A stretch of 64,000 nucleotides of DNA from a virus (lineage: Duplodnaviria; Caudoviricetes): IMG/VR virus record IMGVR_UViG_3300038673_000220, positions 85,135-149,134 of that record, one strand, 5' to 3'. A model generated the notes under the pieces. It was not told where the DNA came from. It saw only the letters and a program-made list of their open reading frames with translations, and did no database searches. A program made the position numbers and the translations under genes. Shown piece after piece: positions 9,629 through 19,421 of this stretch (positions within the stretch are counted from its first letter, which is position 1; each line of letters starts with the position of its first letter).

Positions 9629-10525
9629 ATGTCTGAAGGATTTCCTGATGTACCTGAATTAGTTGGACAATGTCCAGCTCGTCGTAAATGTTTTTTAGAT
9701 TTCACTTACTATCTCGAATGTGATGATTGGTGTGAACGACATAATCTTCTAAGAACTGAGAGAAAGTATGGTGAACCTTATCAATATTCCATCAGGATGG
9801 GGATAGGAGCTGGTAATGCTATCCGTATTTATGATGATGATGAAAATAGGATCGATCTCGAAAGTGAAGAGAAACGGATCGCTACCTCAAATAGTTTAGG
9901 TACCCTATTCGAAGTCATCGGTTCAGATATCAACAGTAAAGCTCCCAATGATATTACAGAACTAGCTTTTCATGAGATAAACTATAGCGCACCTGATATC
10001 AAGACCACTGCTAATAGGACATTGTTGGTAGGTATCACACCATGTGAAAATGAAGATGATCAAGCTGATCTTCTTTGTACTGATATAACTAAATATGAAG
10101 TTATTCACGATCCAAATACCCAATGTCGCATTTACATGGATGGTGATCGGATCACTTTAACATCAACAGCTATTCGTCTCAAAGATGAGTACGTTCAAAA
10201 TAGCTATGAACCTATTTGCGGTGGTGGAAGTTATGTTGAAGACGATGAAGAAACATCATTTATCAACATCCGTAAAGAATACATCGAAATCAATGCAAAA
10301 TGTACTATTGCATTAAATGCTGGTCAAGTTATGATCAACGGTACTCCATCGGATCCAGCTGCAACCAATGCGGCATTATCAGCTAATGCCGATGCTGCAT
10401 CGGCAGCTGCTGGTGCTGCTGCATCGGCGGGAGCTATGGCTGCTTCTAATGCGACTGAGATAGCTGCGCTTAAAGATACCATAGCTGCACTAGAAGCACG
10501 AATAACTGCACTTGAGGAAGTCTAA
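9629..10525 (+). CDS. Spike beta-helix paralog, Cys-rich, with Ala-rich and coiled-coil C-terminus
   Basis: IYDDDENRIDLESEEKRIATSNSLG..SDINSKAPNDI aligns with ITDDINNTIVIKSDEERVTINNSRG..SDIEIFAPRNI of the upstream gene; GAGGT SD before ATG 9629. Confidence 0.5.
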   Translation: MSEGFPDVPELVGQCPARRKCFLDFTYYLECDDWCERHNLLRTERKYGEPYQYSIRMGIGAGNAIRIYDDDENRIDLESEEKRIATSNSLGTLFEVIGSDINSKAPNDITELAFHEINYSAPDIKTTANRTLLVGITPCENEDDQADLLCTDITKYEVIHDPNTQCRIYMDGDRITLTSTAIRLKDEYVQNSYEPICGGGSYVEDDEETSFINIRKEYIEINAKCTIALNAGQVMINGTPSDPAATNAALSANADAASAAAGAAASAGAMAASNATEIAALKDTIAALEARITALEEV

Positions 10526-10986
10526 TGTTTTTCAATAAAAAACAAAAGGATTTAGATATCGAACTATCGGCTAAAGAATTTCTTGAGCTTAATAATAGAC
10601 TTGATGACATGATCAGAGAATGGATCACCGTCGAATCAATTGGAGGTTTACAAAAGAATTCAAAGCTTGCTGAATTGTTCATATTCAATATGAAACTCAT
10701 CTATAGTTCTGATGTATATAACAAAGAACTCAGAGATTTCATGAATTCTAAGGTTGATGGTTCTGGAGATACTGATCTTCTGTTTAGTCGTATCCAAGAT
10801 CTCTATGTAAATATCTGTTTATGCTTTCCGAGTTACTTCATTCAATCTATTCGCGAAAAGCATTTTGATATTTTAAAAGATCTTGGATACGATCCAGATC
10901 AGGATATCTATGATCAAACACCATACGCTTGGTTAATGGTACGTATCCAAGATATCATGCGATTTAGAAATGTCACGTCAAAGTAG
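10525..10986 (+). CDS. Hypothetical protein
   Basis: 153-aa ORF, TAATG coupling to the upstream gene. Confidence 0.6.
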   Translation: MFFNKKQKDLDIELSAKEFLELNNRLDDMIREWITVESIGGLQKNSKLAELFIFNMKLIYSSDVYNKELRDFMNSKVDGSGDTDLLFSRIQDLYVNICLCFPSYFIQSIREKHFDILKDLGYDPDQDIYDQTPYAWLMVRIQDIMRFRNVTSK

Positions 10987-11305
10987 TTGACGTTCTATAA
11001 AGACGATAAAGACTGAATATCGTACTTTGATCAGGGATAAGGATACTCGATTTGATAGTAAAATCATCATACGAGTTAAGATAGTTTATCATTTTAGCTA
11101 TCCATACGATATTTATATCACAATTGTTATCTCTGAGAAAGTGGTCAAATTTGTAGAGATATCGATCACGATCAGCATCGGATACAACTACTTCAAATGC
11201 ACTACTTTTAATCATTTCAACATGGTCATTAACGAATATGACCCAATCTTTATCAGTGTTGTTGAGCTTTGTTATTTTCGTTGTAATATCCTTTTGAATG
11301 GACAT
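10973..11305 (-). CDS. Small virion/baseplate protein (possibly gp53/LysM-like)
   Basis: GAGG SD; W-I-x-x-x-N..DF..I.IP pattern. Confidence 0.4.
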   Translation of the reverse strand: MSIQKDITTKITKLNNTDKDWVIFVNDHVEMIKSSAFEVVVSDADRDRYLYKFDHFLRDNNCDINIVWIAKMINYLNSYDDFTIKSSILIPDQSTIFSLYRLYRTSTTLT

Positions 11306-11328
11306 GAATCACCTCTAAGTATTTTGAA

Positions 11329-11340
11329 ATATATATTATA
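11329..11340 (+). promoter_or_regulatory. Putative early promoter ATATATATTATA
   Basis: Motif variant upstream of nvRNAP beta. Confidence 0.55.
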
Positions 11341-11399
11341 TCAATAGGTAGTCACTATTGTCTCTATATTAATGTTACATGATTGAGGAGAATGAAATA

Positions 11400-13466
11400 A
11401 TGTCAATCACATCGAACATGAGAATACCTGCTGAATATATTGGACTAACAGGTTTACTTTGTCCTGGAATCGCAGTTTGTTCATCATCTCGACAAGAGTT
11501 GTTTGCTAAGAATATTGGTCAACCACGTGTTCCTGATGCCGGTGGTGATTTTCCAGACATGTTTGCCGGATTTGAAACAATCTTCGGCGACTACTGTTTC
11601 AATAGTGCTCGTCGTGAAAACAAGATCAAAGTTATTCAAGTTATTGATAAATACCCTTCATCGATAGCTAATATTAAACCTGGAAATAACCCATTAAAAA
11701 CTGTGATATTTCGAGATCTTGTGACTGGCGAAATCAATTATTTTGATATTAGAAAATACAGCAGCTATTCAAACGATTTTGGTTATCGTAATGTCATGAA
11801 AACGAATATCCAAGCGGATGACGTTATCCCACCTGATATGGAAATTTATTCTTCTCCTATCAAGAAAGGTGACGAATATTGTTTGGGTGTTAATGCTAAT
11901 GTATGTTTTGCTACTTTTCTAGAAACGACTGAAGATTGTTTTATGATATCTGAAAGCCTAGCTAAGAAAGTAGCCCCTCTCTCTATTGAGGATCGGTCGA
12001 TATCTTCAAGTATGAGAAAATACCCTCTGAATCTCTATGGTACTGATGACCAATTCAAGATCGTTCCTGACCTTGGCGAATTCGTTCGAGATGATGGCGT
12101 ATTGTGTGCATTTCGTCCAGTTCGTCGATTCAGTTCTATGTCAGATCTACAACCTCATAAACTCAAAGAGATCAATCACATCTTTGATAAAAAGATCTAC
12201 GCACATCCTGGAGCACAGGTTGTTGACATCGAGGTGTATATCGATAATAAGAACGATCTCCCTCAGAATGTGTACGATCAAGTAAAGGTTTACTACGAAG
12301 CTCGTATCTCGTATTGGAAACAAGTTGTTGAAGTTTATGAGAAAGTGAAGCATCTTCCTATAAGCTTCAAATTCAATACTTTAGTTACAAAAGCTATGGG
12401 ACGGTTGTTAGCTGCTAAACAACCTGTTCCAAGTATGGGAAAACGACAAAAGGTTACTTTAGTTGAGAATTTCAACCCGGTTGTTTTTCGAATCGATATC
12501 ACCCTTATGCACAAAGTTGTTATAAACAATGGACATAAGTTTGCTGGTAGAGATGGTGCTAAAGGTGTCGTTCGCGTTAAACCAGATAATGAGATGCCTA
12601 TAGATCAACAAGGATTTCGAGCTGACATCTGTATCGATCCAGTATCAGTACTTAAACGAACAAACATCATTCAGCTTTATGAGCAATACATCAACAGATT
12701 GCTAAAATGGCAAGCTATGAATCTCGATAAACTTGGCTCTATCGAGAATCAGTTTAACAGGATCATCGAAGTCCTAAACGATATCAATCCTGAATACGCT
12801 AAAGTCGTTATTCAGAGCTGTAATAATCCTGATAAGATAACCAGATACGTTGAGGATTGTAAAGCTGATACGATCAAAATATGCATACCTCCAGGTATGG
12901 ATAATCTAACTAAGGACATGATCCTCAAATTGGAGGAGAAATATCAGACACCGATAAGTCCAGTTGATTTCGTTATCGATACTCCAAATGGTAAGAAAAC
13001 AATCAGGACTAAAGAACCAATATGCATAGGAGCAAAATACGTTTATCTGTTAGCAAAGTACCCGAAACCATTAGCTCCAGGTTTTGGTTTTGTGAATAAA
13101 TGTCATATGCCTGTAGGATCGAGTGATAAGCATTCTACCCCTATTGGAACAAAACCAATACGATTCGGAGAAAGCGAATCTCGTATCTTTGCAGCTACTC
13201 TCGATATCAAATCAGTACTCAGATGGAAATGTTTATATAGTGGATCAAGACTTGGACCAAAATGCACGATCAGTGCGTTGATGAATACTGATAAACCTTC
13301 TCAATTAAAGAGGATACCAATAACAACTGAAGAACTTTACAACGATTGTCCATCTATTCGAATAGCACATCATATGTTTGAAACGTGTGGTGTCGATTTG
13401 CAAAACAGTTTGATTTCTGTAGAGGATGGTGAGAGCGTCTTTGAACAATTCAAAGGTCTGTTATAA
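11400..13466 (+). CDS. rpoB: Non-virion RNA polymerase beta subunit, C-terminal part (phiKZ gp71/73-like)
   Basis: EDCFMISES, GHKFAGRDGAKGV, ADICIDP and RFGESE motifs; GAGGAG before ATG 11400 (ORF open from 11379). Confidence 0.88.
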   Translation: MSITSNMRIPAEYIGLTGLLCPGIAVCSSSRQELFAKNIGQPRVPDAGGDFPDMFAGFETIFGDYCFNSARRENKIKVIQVIDKYPSSIANIKPGNNPLKTVIFRDLVTGEINYFDIRKYSSYSNDFGYRNVMKTNIQADDVIPPDMEIYSSPIKKGDEYCLGVNANVCFATFLETTEDCFMISESLAKKVAPLSIEDRSISSSMRKYPLNLYGTDDQFKIVPDLGEFVRDDGVLCAFRPVRRFSSMSDLQPHKLKEINHIFDKKIYAHPGAQVVDIEVYIDNKNDLPQNVYDQVKVYYEARISYWKQVVEVYEKVKHLPISFKFNTLVTKAMGRLLAAKQPVPSMGKRQKVTLVENFNPVVFRIDITLMHKVVINNGHKFAGRDGAKGVVRVKPDNEMPIDQQGFRADICIDPVSVLKRTNIIQLYEQYINRLLKWQAMNLDKLGSIENQFNRIIEVLNDINPEYAKVVIQSCNNPDKITRYVEDCKADTIKICIPPGMDNLTKDMILKLEEKYQTPISPVDFVIDTPNGKKTIRTKEPICIGAKYVYLLAKYPKPLAPGFGFVNKCHMPVGSSDKHSTPIGTKPIRFGESESRIFAATLDIKSVLRWKCLYSGSRLGPKCTISALMNTDKPSQLKRIPITTEELYNDCPSIRIAHHMFETCGVDLQNSLISVEDGESVFEQFKGLL

Positions 13467-13509
13467 AAGGTGGGGTTAAAAGCCCCATCTTCTTAAAAAG
13501 GAGAAATGT

Positions 13510-15447
13510 GTGGACACTCTAGATCTTAAAAATGTTGATATGATTGCTGTGATCGACGACCTGATCTATTATAAAGGTAAGATCCTTGTCATATTCGACA
13601 ACGGTGAAAAAGTAGAACTTCCTGTTCGTAAGCTGATATTCCATCTGATGTTTTGGGCTATCGGGAGGAAATGGAATATCACAATAACTCCAGCATTTAT
13701 AGTTGATACAAGTTTTATTTATGATTCAACGATAAGTGAAATCGGGTCAAGGCTTTTTGATGCTATTCAAGCTGTTACAGAAGGATCTTGTTATAATTTT
13801 GTTTATGACATGAATGACGCTGTCAATTATTTGAATAAATTCATTACTATCAATTGTCAGGAATATCATCAAACGATGACTATTGTCGATTTAGCCAGGA
13901 TTGCTTATATACCTGGTATAAAAGCAATAACCGACGATAGAGTTTGCGATATCAAAGTTTCTATTCAACAAGCGAATGAGTATATCAAAAAGAATTTCAG
14001 TTTACTATTTGATGAGCTTAAGAAACCCTATCCTGGAAATAAACTCCACAACTTCGTTAATCTAAGATTCGTTAAAGCAACTGCATTGGCGCATATCTTT
14101 TATCAAATCGGATTTCGTACAGACATTGATGATAATACAATCAGGTATCCAATCCAAGGAAATTATTTGGATGGATTAAGAAACACTGTTGAGTATTGTC
14201 TTGAATCTCTATCGGCTAAGAAAGCTATGTTTTATAATAGAGATTCTTTACCAACGGCTGAATATTTTGCTCGAAAGCAGCATATCTTATCAAGTTGTAT
14301 ACAACACCTGTATAAAGGAGATTGTGGATCAACAGTTACTCTTCCGTTTTACATCACTGAAAATCTTGCAAACGTTGTTCTTTATAAGAACATCGTTGAA
14401 GGAAAGAATATCATCACTCTAACTCCAAATAATATCAAACATTATATTGGTAAGATCGTCCAATGTAGAACACCAATCGGATGTAAATACACTGATGGTG
14501 TTTGTGAAGCTTGTGCTGGAAAACTCATATCAAACATCTCGCCAAATACTCACATCGGTATGTTTGCAGCCATTCGAGTTGCTTCAGTTATCACTCAGGT
14601 TATCTTAAGTTCTAAGCATGTTCAAGAAACATCTATTGTTGAGTATGCTATTCCTGAAGATCTTAAGGTATACATGATGAAGCACCAAGGTGGTATTTAT
14701 GTCAAACCAAAGATCAGAGAAAAATTCAAAAAGATCACAATGATCTTTAAGATGAATGATACTATGCAATTAAGAGAATTAGGTTCTCTTAATATAGCAC
14801 GGTTGAGTACAATCAACGAATCATCTTTCGGTAAATGTAAGGAAGTTGTTTTAATGCGTGGTAATAATCTTATCACTGAAGAAGTTGGATTAGGATCAAA
14901 TGATCAATACCCTTTATATTCTCGAGAGCTAATCAGATATATTGCAGCTCATCAGGATCTTATCACGATCAAAGATGATATGTTTATGATCTCTTTACGA
15001 GAATTCGACTTTAAAGATCCTATCTTTAAATTGGTCGTCATGAATAACTCGATGGTTAAATTCGTTAACAACGCAAAGAAGCTGGTTGAAAGTGAAATCA
15101 AAAAATACACTTCAGCAACCGAGCTTGTGAACAGTTTCTCGAATCTTGTTTATGGCCAAGTAAAGGTTAACCTAGCGTATTTAGAAATCGTTGTTCGAGC
15201 AGCGTTGATCACTGATAAAAACGATTATAGAATACCTGTGATTGAAGATATCGATGACGTTATGTTTACAACGAATCCGTCAGCGAATATGCTAAGGTCT
15301 GTTGGTATATTGTGCGCTTTTCAGCAATTACCAGCTTCGTTACGCAATCCAGCTCTTTACCTCATTCCAAGGACATTCACACCGTTTGATGAATTCCTCA
15401 ATTTAAAGCCAAGGACAGCGGGATTTCTTTCTGTCAATAAGGCATAA
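13510..15447 (+). CDS. rpoC: Non-virion RNA polymerase beta' subunit, C-terminal part (phiKZ gp74-like)
   Basis: DCGS..RTPIGC..VCEACAG zinc motif; TQVILSSKH trigger-loop-like segment. Confidence 0.85.
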   Translation: MDTLDLKNVDMIAVIDDLIYYKGKILVIFDNGEKVELPVRKLIFHLMFWAIGRKWNITITPAFIVDTSFIYDSTISEIGSRLFDAIQAVTEGSCYNFVYDMNDAVNYLNKFITINCQEYHQTMTIVDLARIAYIPGIKAITDDRVCDIKVSIQQANEYIKKNFSLLFDELKKPYPGNKLHNFVNLRFVKATALAHIFYQIGFRTDIDDNTIRYPIQGNYLDGLRNTVEYCLESLSAKKAMFYNRDSLPTAEYFARKQHILSSCIQHLYKGDCGSTVTLPFYITENLANVVLYKNIVEGKNIITLTPNNIKHYIGKIVQCRTPIGCKYTDGVCEACAGKLISNISPNTHIGMFAAIRVASVITQVILSSKHVQETSIVEYAIPEDLKVYMMKHQGGIYVKPKIREKFKKITMIFKMNDTMQLRELGSLNIARLSTINESSFGKCKEVVLMRGNNLITEEVGLGSNDQYPLYSRELIRYIAAHQDLITIKDDMFMISLREFDFKDPIFKLVVMNNSMVKFVNNAKKLVESEIKKYTSATELVNSFSNLVYGQVKVNLAYLEIVVRAALITDKNDYRIPVIEDIDDVMFTTNPSANMLRSVGILCAFQQLPASLRNPALYLIPRTFTPFDEFLNLKPRTAGFLSVNKA

Positions 15448-15451
15448 TAAG

Positions 15452-15484
15452 AGGGGGTACGTATCATTATACGTACCCCCTTTC
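15452..15484 (+). terminator. Hairpin (terminator or processing site)
   Basis: 13-bp perfect stem between the beta' and helicase genes. Confidence 0.6.
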
Positions 15485-15499
15485 TAAGAAGAGACATCA

Positions 15500-17440
15500 A
15501 TGAATTCTGTTACTATAGAGCAAGGATCAACAGCTATCTATTTATACTGTTTAGCGTCTGGTCGTCTTGCCGAAAACCCATCTGTTTCTATCTTTAGATT
15601 CCTCCAACAACATCTCACCGAATACGAATTCGATCCAAGAACAAAAACAAGTCATGCTAAGTATTTCTATTATCGATACGATAAAGAAAATGGTATCCTT
15701 TATTTACCTGTTAACATCATCCATCAACTTGAACAATACTTTAAACTCAACCTTATTGAATACAAGATCATAAAACTTCCACCAATCAATGGTAAGATAA
15801 TAGCTATTAATAAAGTTTCAAAATTTATCGATAGAGATTATCAGGTTGATTCAATCCAGTTCTTGGCACAACCAGGTATGCGAGCTCTCGAATTGCAAAC
15901 AGGTTGTATATGTGGTCAATCGAAGATTTTTTTCTCAGATGGAAATAAAACTCGAGAACTTTTGTTAGAAGAAGCGTATAACATAACAACTGAACGAAAA
16001 AGAAATAAGTACGCCGGATGGTTCAAATTCATACCATGTAAAGTTCAGTCGTTTGATGGGAGAAATATCTTTTATCATGATATCGAAGATATTGTGTATA
16101 GTGGTGTAAAATTCGTCATACGTGTTACATTTGATAATAATACCTACATCGACACAACGTTCGATCACCTACTTATGACTGAATTAGGTTGGATCGATGC
16201 TGAATTAACGTATGCTCAGATGGTTGTTGGAACAAATCCAAGAAATCCTATCATGACCTTTTACAAACAGGTTAAAGATATTCGAGCTATTGGATTACGA
16301 CCAACTTACGACATCATCTGTAAAGATCCTCACAGAAACTTCGTTGCCAATGGTACAGTTGTTCATAATTCAGGTAAGACTTACATAGCTATTCGAGCAT
16401 TAACTGAATTGAATAAGCGTGGTATCATTATAGTTCCAGCCTCGTTAATGACGCAGTGGATTGATTCTTTATCTTCGATGTGTGATGCAAAGATTGGTGT
16501 CATTCGTGGAAGTAATTCGATTTACAATATTATTAATAAAAATTTTGATGTCGATGTTGATATCTTTGTAGCCTCGATCAGTACGATCAAAGAATATGCT
16601 ATGGGATCATCTTCATTCGATGTCTTACCACCGATGCCAGTATTCATTAACGAACTTCAAATAGGGGTTAAGATCATAGATGAATGCCATCTGAATTTCA
16701 ATGCAAATACAATAACAGATATAATGTGTGGTAATATTGAACATAATATCTATTTGTCAGCAACTTATATTCGGAGTAGTCATTCGAGTAATATGATCTT
16801 TAAGAAGATCTTTCCAGATGAAATAAAATACGACGGTGGTGTTGATTATAGTCGTTATGTCAATATCACTGAAGTTGGATATTCTTTTGGTGACATCGAT
16901 GATCGACACGTCTGCTCCAAACGTGGGTATTCTCAATTCAAATATGAGAAATACTTGATGAAGAGGCCTCAGAAGATAGGAGCTTTTCTGGACAAAGTAC
17001 TGAAAAGATCTGTTGATGAGCATTATGTCACAGTAAAAGAACCAGGTGAAAAACTCTTAATCATTGTTGGTTTGAATAGCTTTGCAAATGTACTTGTTGA
17101 TTGGTTCCAATCTGAATATCCTAATTTTAATACTATTGGATATTTTTACGAAACTGACGATGAAGTGTTGAATCACGCTGATGTTATAATAAGTACAACT
17201 GGTTCATGTGGTACTGGTAAAGATATCGGTGGTCTAAGATCAATGATCCTTTTCATATCATTTAATGCTGAATCAACAACACTACAAACCATTGGACGTC
17301 TTCGTAAAATGAAGAACACTCCAGAATTTGTCTATTTAGTTAATAGAGGTATCAGATCGCATCAGCGTCATGCGTATCAACGACGTAAGATCTATAAAAC
17401 CATAGGTAAATCTTTTAACTATTTAGACTACATAGGATAA
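15500..17440 (+). CDS. SF2 DExH helicase (phiKZ gp75-like) containing an intein; 491 aa after splicing
   Basis: Walker A TG|SGKT, DECH, SAT and QTIGRLR motifs. Confidence 0.88.
   Translation: MNSVTIEQGSTAIYLYCLASGRLAENPSVSIFRFLQQHLTEYEFDPRTKTSHAKYFYYRYDKENGILYLPVNIIHQLEQYFKLNLIEYKIIKLPPINGKIIAINKVSKFIDRDYQVDSIQFLAQPGMRALELQTGCICGQSKIFFSDGNKTRELLLEEAYNITTERKRNKYAGWFKFIPCKVQSFDGRNIFYHDIEDIVYSGVKFVIRVTFDNNTYIDTTFDHLLMTELGWIDAELTYAQMVVGTNPRNPIMTFYKQVKDIRAIGLRPTYDIICKDPHRNFVANGTVVHNSGKTYIAIRALTELNKRGIIIVPASLMTQWIDSLSSMCDAKIGVIRGSNSIYNIINKNFDVDVDIFVASISTIKEYAMGSSSFDVLPPMPVFINELQIGVKIIDECHLNFNANTITDIMCGNIEHNIYLSATYIRSSHSSNMIFKKIFPDEIKYDGGVDYSRYVNITEVGYSFGDIDDRHVCSKRGYSQFKYEKYLMKRPQKIGAFLDKVLKRSVDEHYVTVKEPGEKLLIIVGLNSFANVLVDWFQSEYPNFNTIGYFYETDDEVLNHADVIISTTGSCGTGKDIGGLRSMILFISFNAESTTLQTIGRLRKMKNTPEFVYLVNRGIRSHQRHAYQRRKIYKTIGKSFNYLDYIG
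15905..16369 (+). mobile_element. Mini-intein (155 aa, no homing endonuclease) in the helicase Walker A motif
   Basis: Starts with C (CICGQS); block B TTFDH; block F TYDI; ends VVHN followed by S. Confidence 0.92.
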
Positions 17441-17444
17441 AATC

Positions 17445-17972
17445 ATGGACGACTTTGATGAAAGCTATTGGATGATAGAAACGATCCGTGGAAGCGATAA
17501 AGAAAAACGAGTTATTCGTTATTCTCTTATCCAAAAGGATATTGATAAAAACGCTTACAATAGTGAACTTTATGTACCTATTGTTTTAGCTCCATTGAAT
17601 AAGCTTTGTGTCTTTGTTATAAGTGCCTTTTACAAAGATACGAAGCTCTGTTTATGTTTACACGATCTCCGTGTCGTCAATGATGAAATCGTAAGCAGTT
17701 TTAATTTTCTTCTGAGAGGAAATGATTATCAGATAAAACGGTTTAAGAATGAGATGAATCGGTCATGTGATGATAGACGATGTATTGGATTAAGTTTCCT
17801 CTTTAGGAAATTATTCAATTGCGGATTCCACACGATCTATGCTGAAAAAATCCTTAGGCCAAAAACCAACTCTTCATTAAAAGCCGCTGTTAAGATCGTA
17901 CAAGCTGTTAATGAATCACCGGATGAATACAGTAAGTTGATTTCATCCATAGGAGAAAAAGATGGAGATTGA
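17445..17972 (+). CDS. Hypothetical protein
   Basis: 175-aa ORF with AGGA SD. Confidence 0.6.
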   Translation: MDDFDESYWMIETIRGSDKEKRVIRYSLIQKDIDKNAYNSELYVPIVLAPLNKLCVFVISAFYKDTKLCLCLHDLRVVNDEIVSSFNFLLRGNDYQIKRFKNEMNRSCDDRRCIGLSFLFRKLFNCGFHTIYAEKILRPKTNSSLKAAVKIVQAVNESPDEYSKLISSIGEKDGD

Positions 17973-18135
17973 CATCGATGAAAGGATACGCTTTATTAAT
18001 TGTTCAATAGAAGATCCTCGAGGTATTATTTGTATTGACTTTAAATCAACTAAGCGTTATATTGAATGGGATAGTGTCCATAAGACAGTTTATGAAGCTA
18101 TCCATGAAGCAAACAAATTACTCAATGAGCTGTAA
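17962..18135 (+). CDS. Small hypothetical protein (57 aa, MEIDIDERIRF...), absent from the ORF track
   Basis: AGGAG at 17951-17955; ends just before a hairpin. Confidence 0.6.
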   Translation: MEIDIDERIRFINCSIEDPRGIICIDFKSTKRYIEWDSVHKTVYEAIHEANKLLNEL

Positions 18136-18145
18136 AATATATGAT

Positions 18146-18175
18146 CCTCATCCCTACGCGTTTGTAGGGATGAGG
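18146..18175. terminator. Hairpin
   Basis: 12-bp perfect stem CCTCATCCCTAC/GTAGGGATGAGG. Confidence 0.55.
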
Positions 18176-18240
18176 TCAAAACCATATTATGAAAAATACG
18201 ACCAATTATTTGAATTAAAGATGAAAAGGAGGCTAATTCT

Positions 18241-18606
18241 TTGCAGACCGAAGAGCTTTTAGTCAAAGTGATCTTTAATAATCAACTGGCATTTTGTGGT
18301 ATCTTCGGAGCTCTAGGTGGTGTAGTTCATGTCTTAGATATTAGAACAAAGTTGACTGTTTTCACGTTAGTTAGTAAGATAATCGTATCCTCATTAGCTG
18401 GGATTTTATTATTTTTTGCAACGTATGATATCAGTCAATTTTCTCCATCTCTTCGAATAACTGCTGCGATTGTTACTGGATTTTATGGATCATCGCTGTT
18501 TCGTTATTTGTCACGATTTTATCTAAAGCAAATCTTAAATGCAGAAGGCGAAAAAGTAGTCAGTGAACTTGAAAAAAATGATACGGAGAATCCGACCGAT
18601 GAATAA
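18241..18606 (+). CDS. Putative holin (LydA-like, three TM segments)
   Basis: GIFGALGG, SSLAG and GFYGSS hydrophobic segments; charged C-tail; AGGAGG before TTG. Confidence 0.65.
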   Translation: MQTEELLVKVIFNNQLAFCGIFGALGGVVHVLDIRTKLTVFTLVSKIIVSSLAGILLFFATYDISQFSPSLRITAAIVTGFYGSSLFRYLSRFYLKQILNAEGEKVVSELEKNDTENPTDE

Positions 18607-19378
18607 AGATAACTCGTTGTATCAAAAGACTGTTATTTTTTTATTAAAGCATTCGAATATTATAGCTGTAATAATGATGGTAACAGCCTTGTTTGTGTGT
18701 TTCTCAGAAAATATTTGGTACTTCGTTTTATGTTTAGTCATGTCGTCGATTTATTTAACTGTATTAACAGCTCAATATATTCAATCTGATAGTGAGTCTG
18801 ATTACGGATGTTCGTTACAATACGGTTGTCAGATAGCCTCCTTTAATAGTAGGATATCTATTTTATCCAATGTGACGATTGCTTTCTTTGGTATAGTTTT
18901 TTCTATTTTAACATCGTATTATTTAATAATACCACCATCTGACAACATTGATGACAAGTATTTTGATTTAAACAATAACTCATTTATCATAGGTTGTTTT
19001 AAGTTGATGTTCATTTACATCATATCTGATAAAATCCATTCTCTTCAACTTCTTTTATCCATATTGATTCGTTCATCACAAACTGTACGAACATTAAATA
19101 TCGATAATAATGATGAAAAATGTCGTTATCCTATCATATTCGTAGATGATAAGAAAATATCTTCATTAAGATATTACGTTACAGGTTATAAAAATAAAGT
19201 AGCTGTCTTTTTTGATCCACCTCTATCTGTTAACAATACTTCAGACATAAAGTACACCTTTATACCTGAGGATGAAAATCATATCATCAATGATCAACCG
19301 CCATACAATTTAGAAGATATATCTAATTGTCCAACCCGATGCAAATCGTCTTGCAACATCAATATAAACAATCAATAA
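18599..19378 (+). CDS. Multi-pass membrane protein with soluble C-terminal domain
   Basis: About four hydrophobic segments; ORF open from 18563, likely ATG at 18599 overlapping the holin end. Confidence 0.55.
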   Translation: MNKDNSLYQKTVIFLLKHSNIIAVIMMVTALFVCFSENIWYFVLCLVMSSIYLTVLTAQYIQSDSESDYGCSLQYGCQIASFNSRISILSNVTIAFFGIVFSILTSYYLIIPPSDNIDDKYFDLNNNSFIIGCFKLMFIYIISDKIHSLQLLLSILIRSSQTVRTLNIDNNDEKCRYPIIFVDDKKISSLRYYVTGYKNKVAVFFDPPLSVNNTSDIKYTFIPEDENHIINDQPPYNLEDISNCPTRCKSSCNININNQ

Positions 19379-19421
19379 TGGTGCATCTATCATGATACAT
19401 TTTTTAAAAGGAGGAGTTTAA

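Noticed and set aside
18035-18262. 75-aa ORF from the track
   Set aside because: No SD, runs through a hairpin; the 17962-18135 ORF with AGGAG explains the region better
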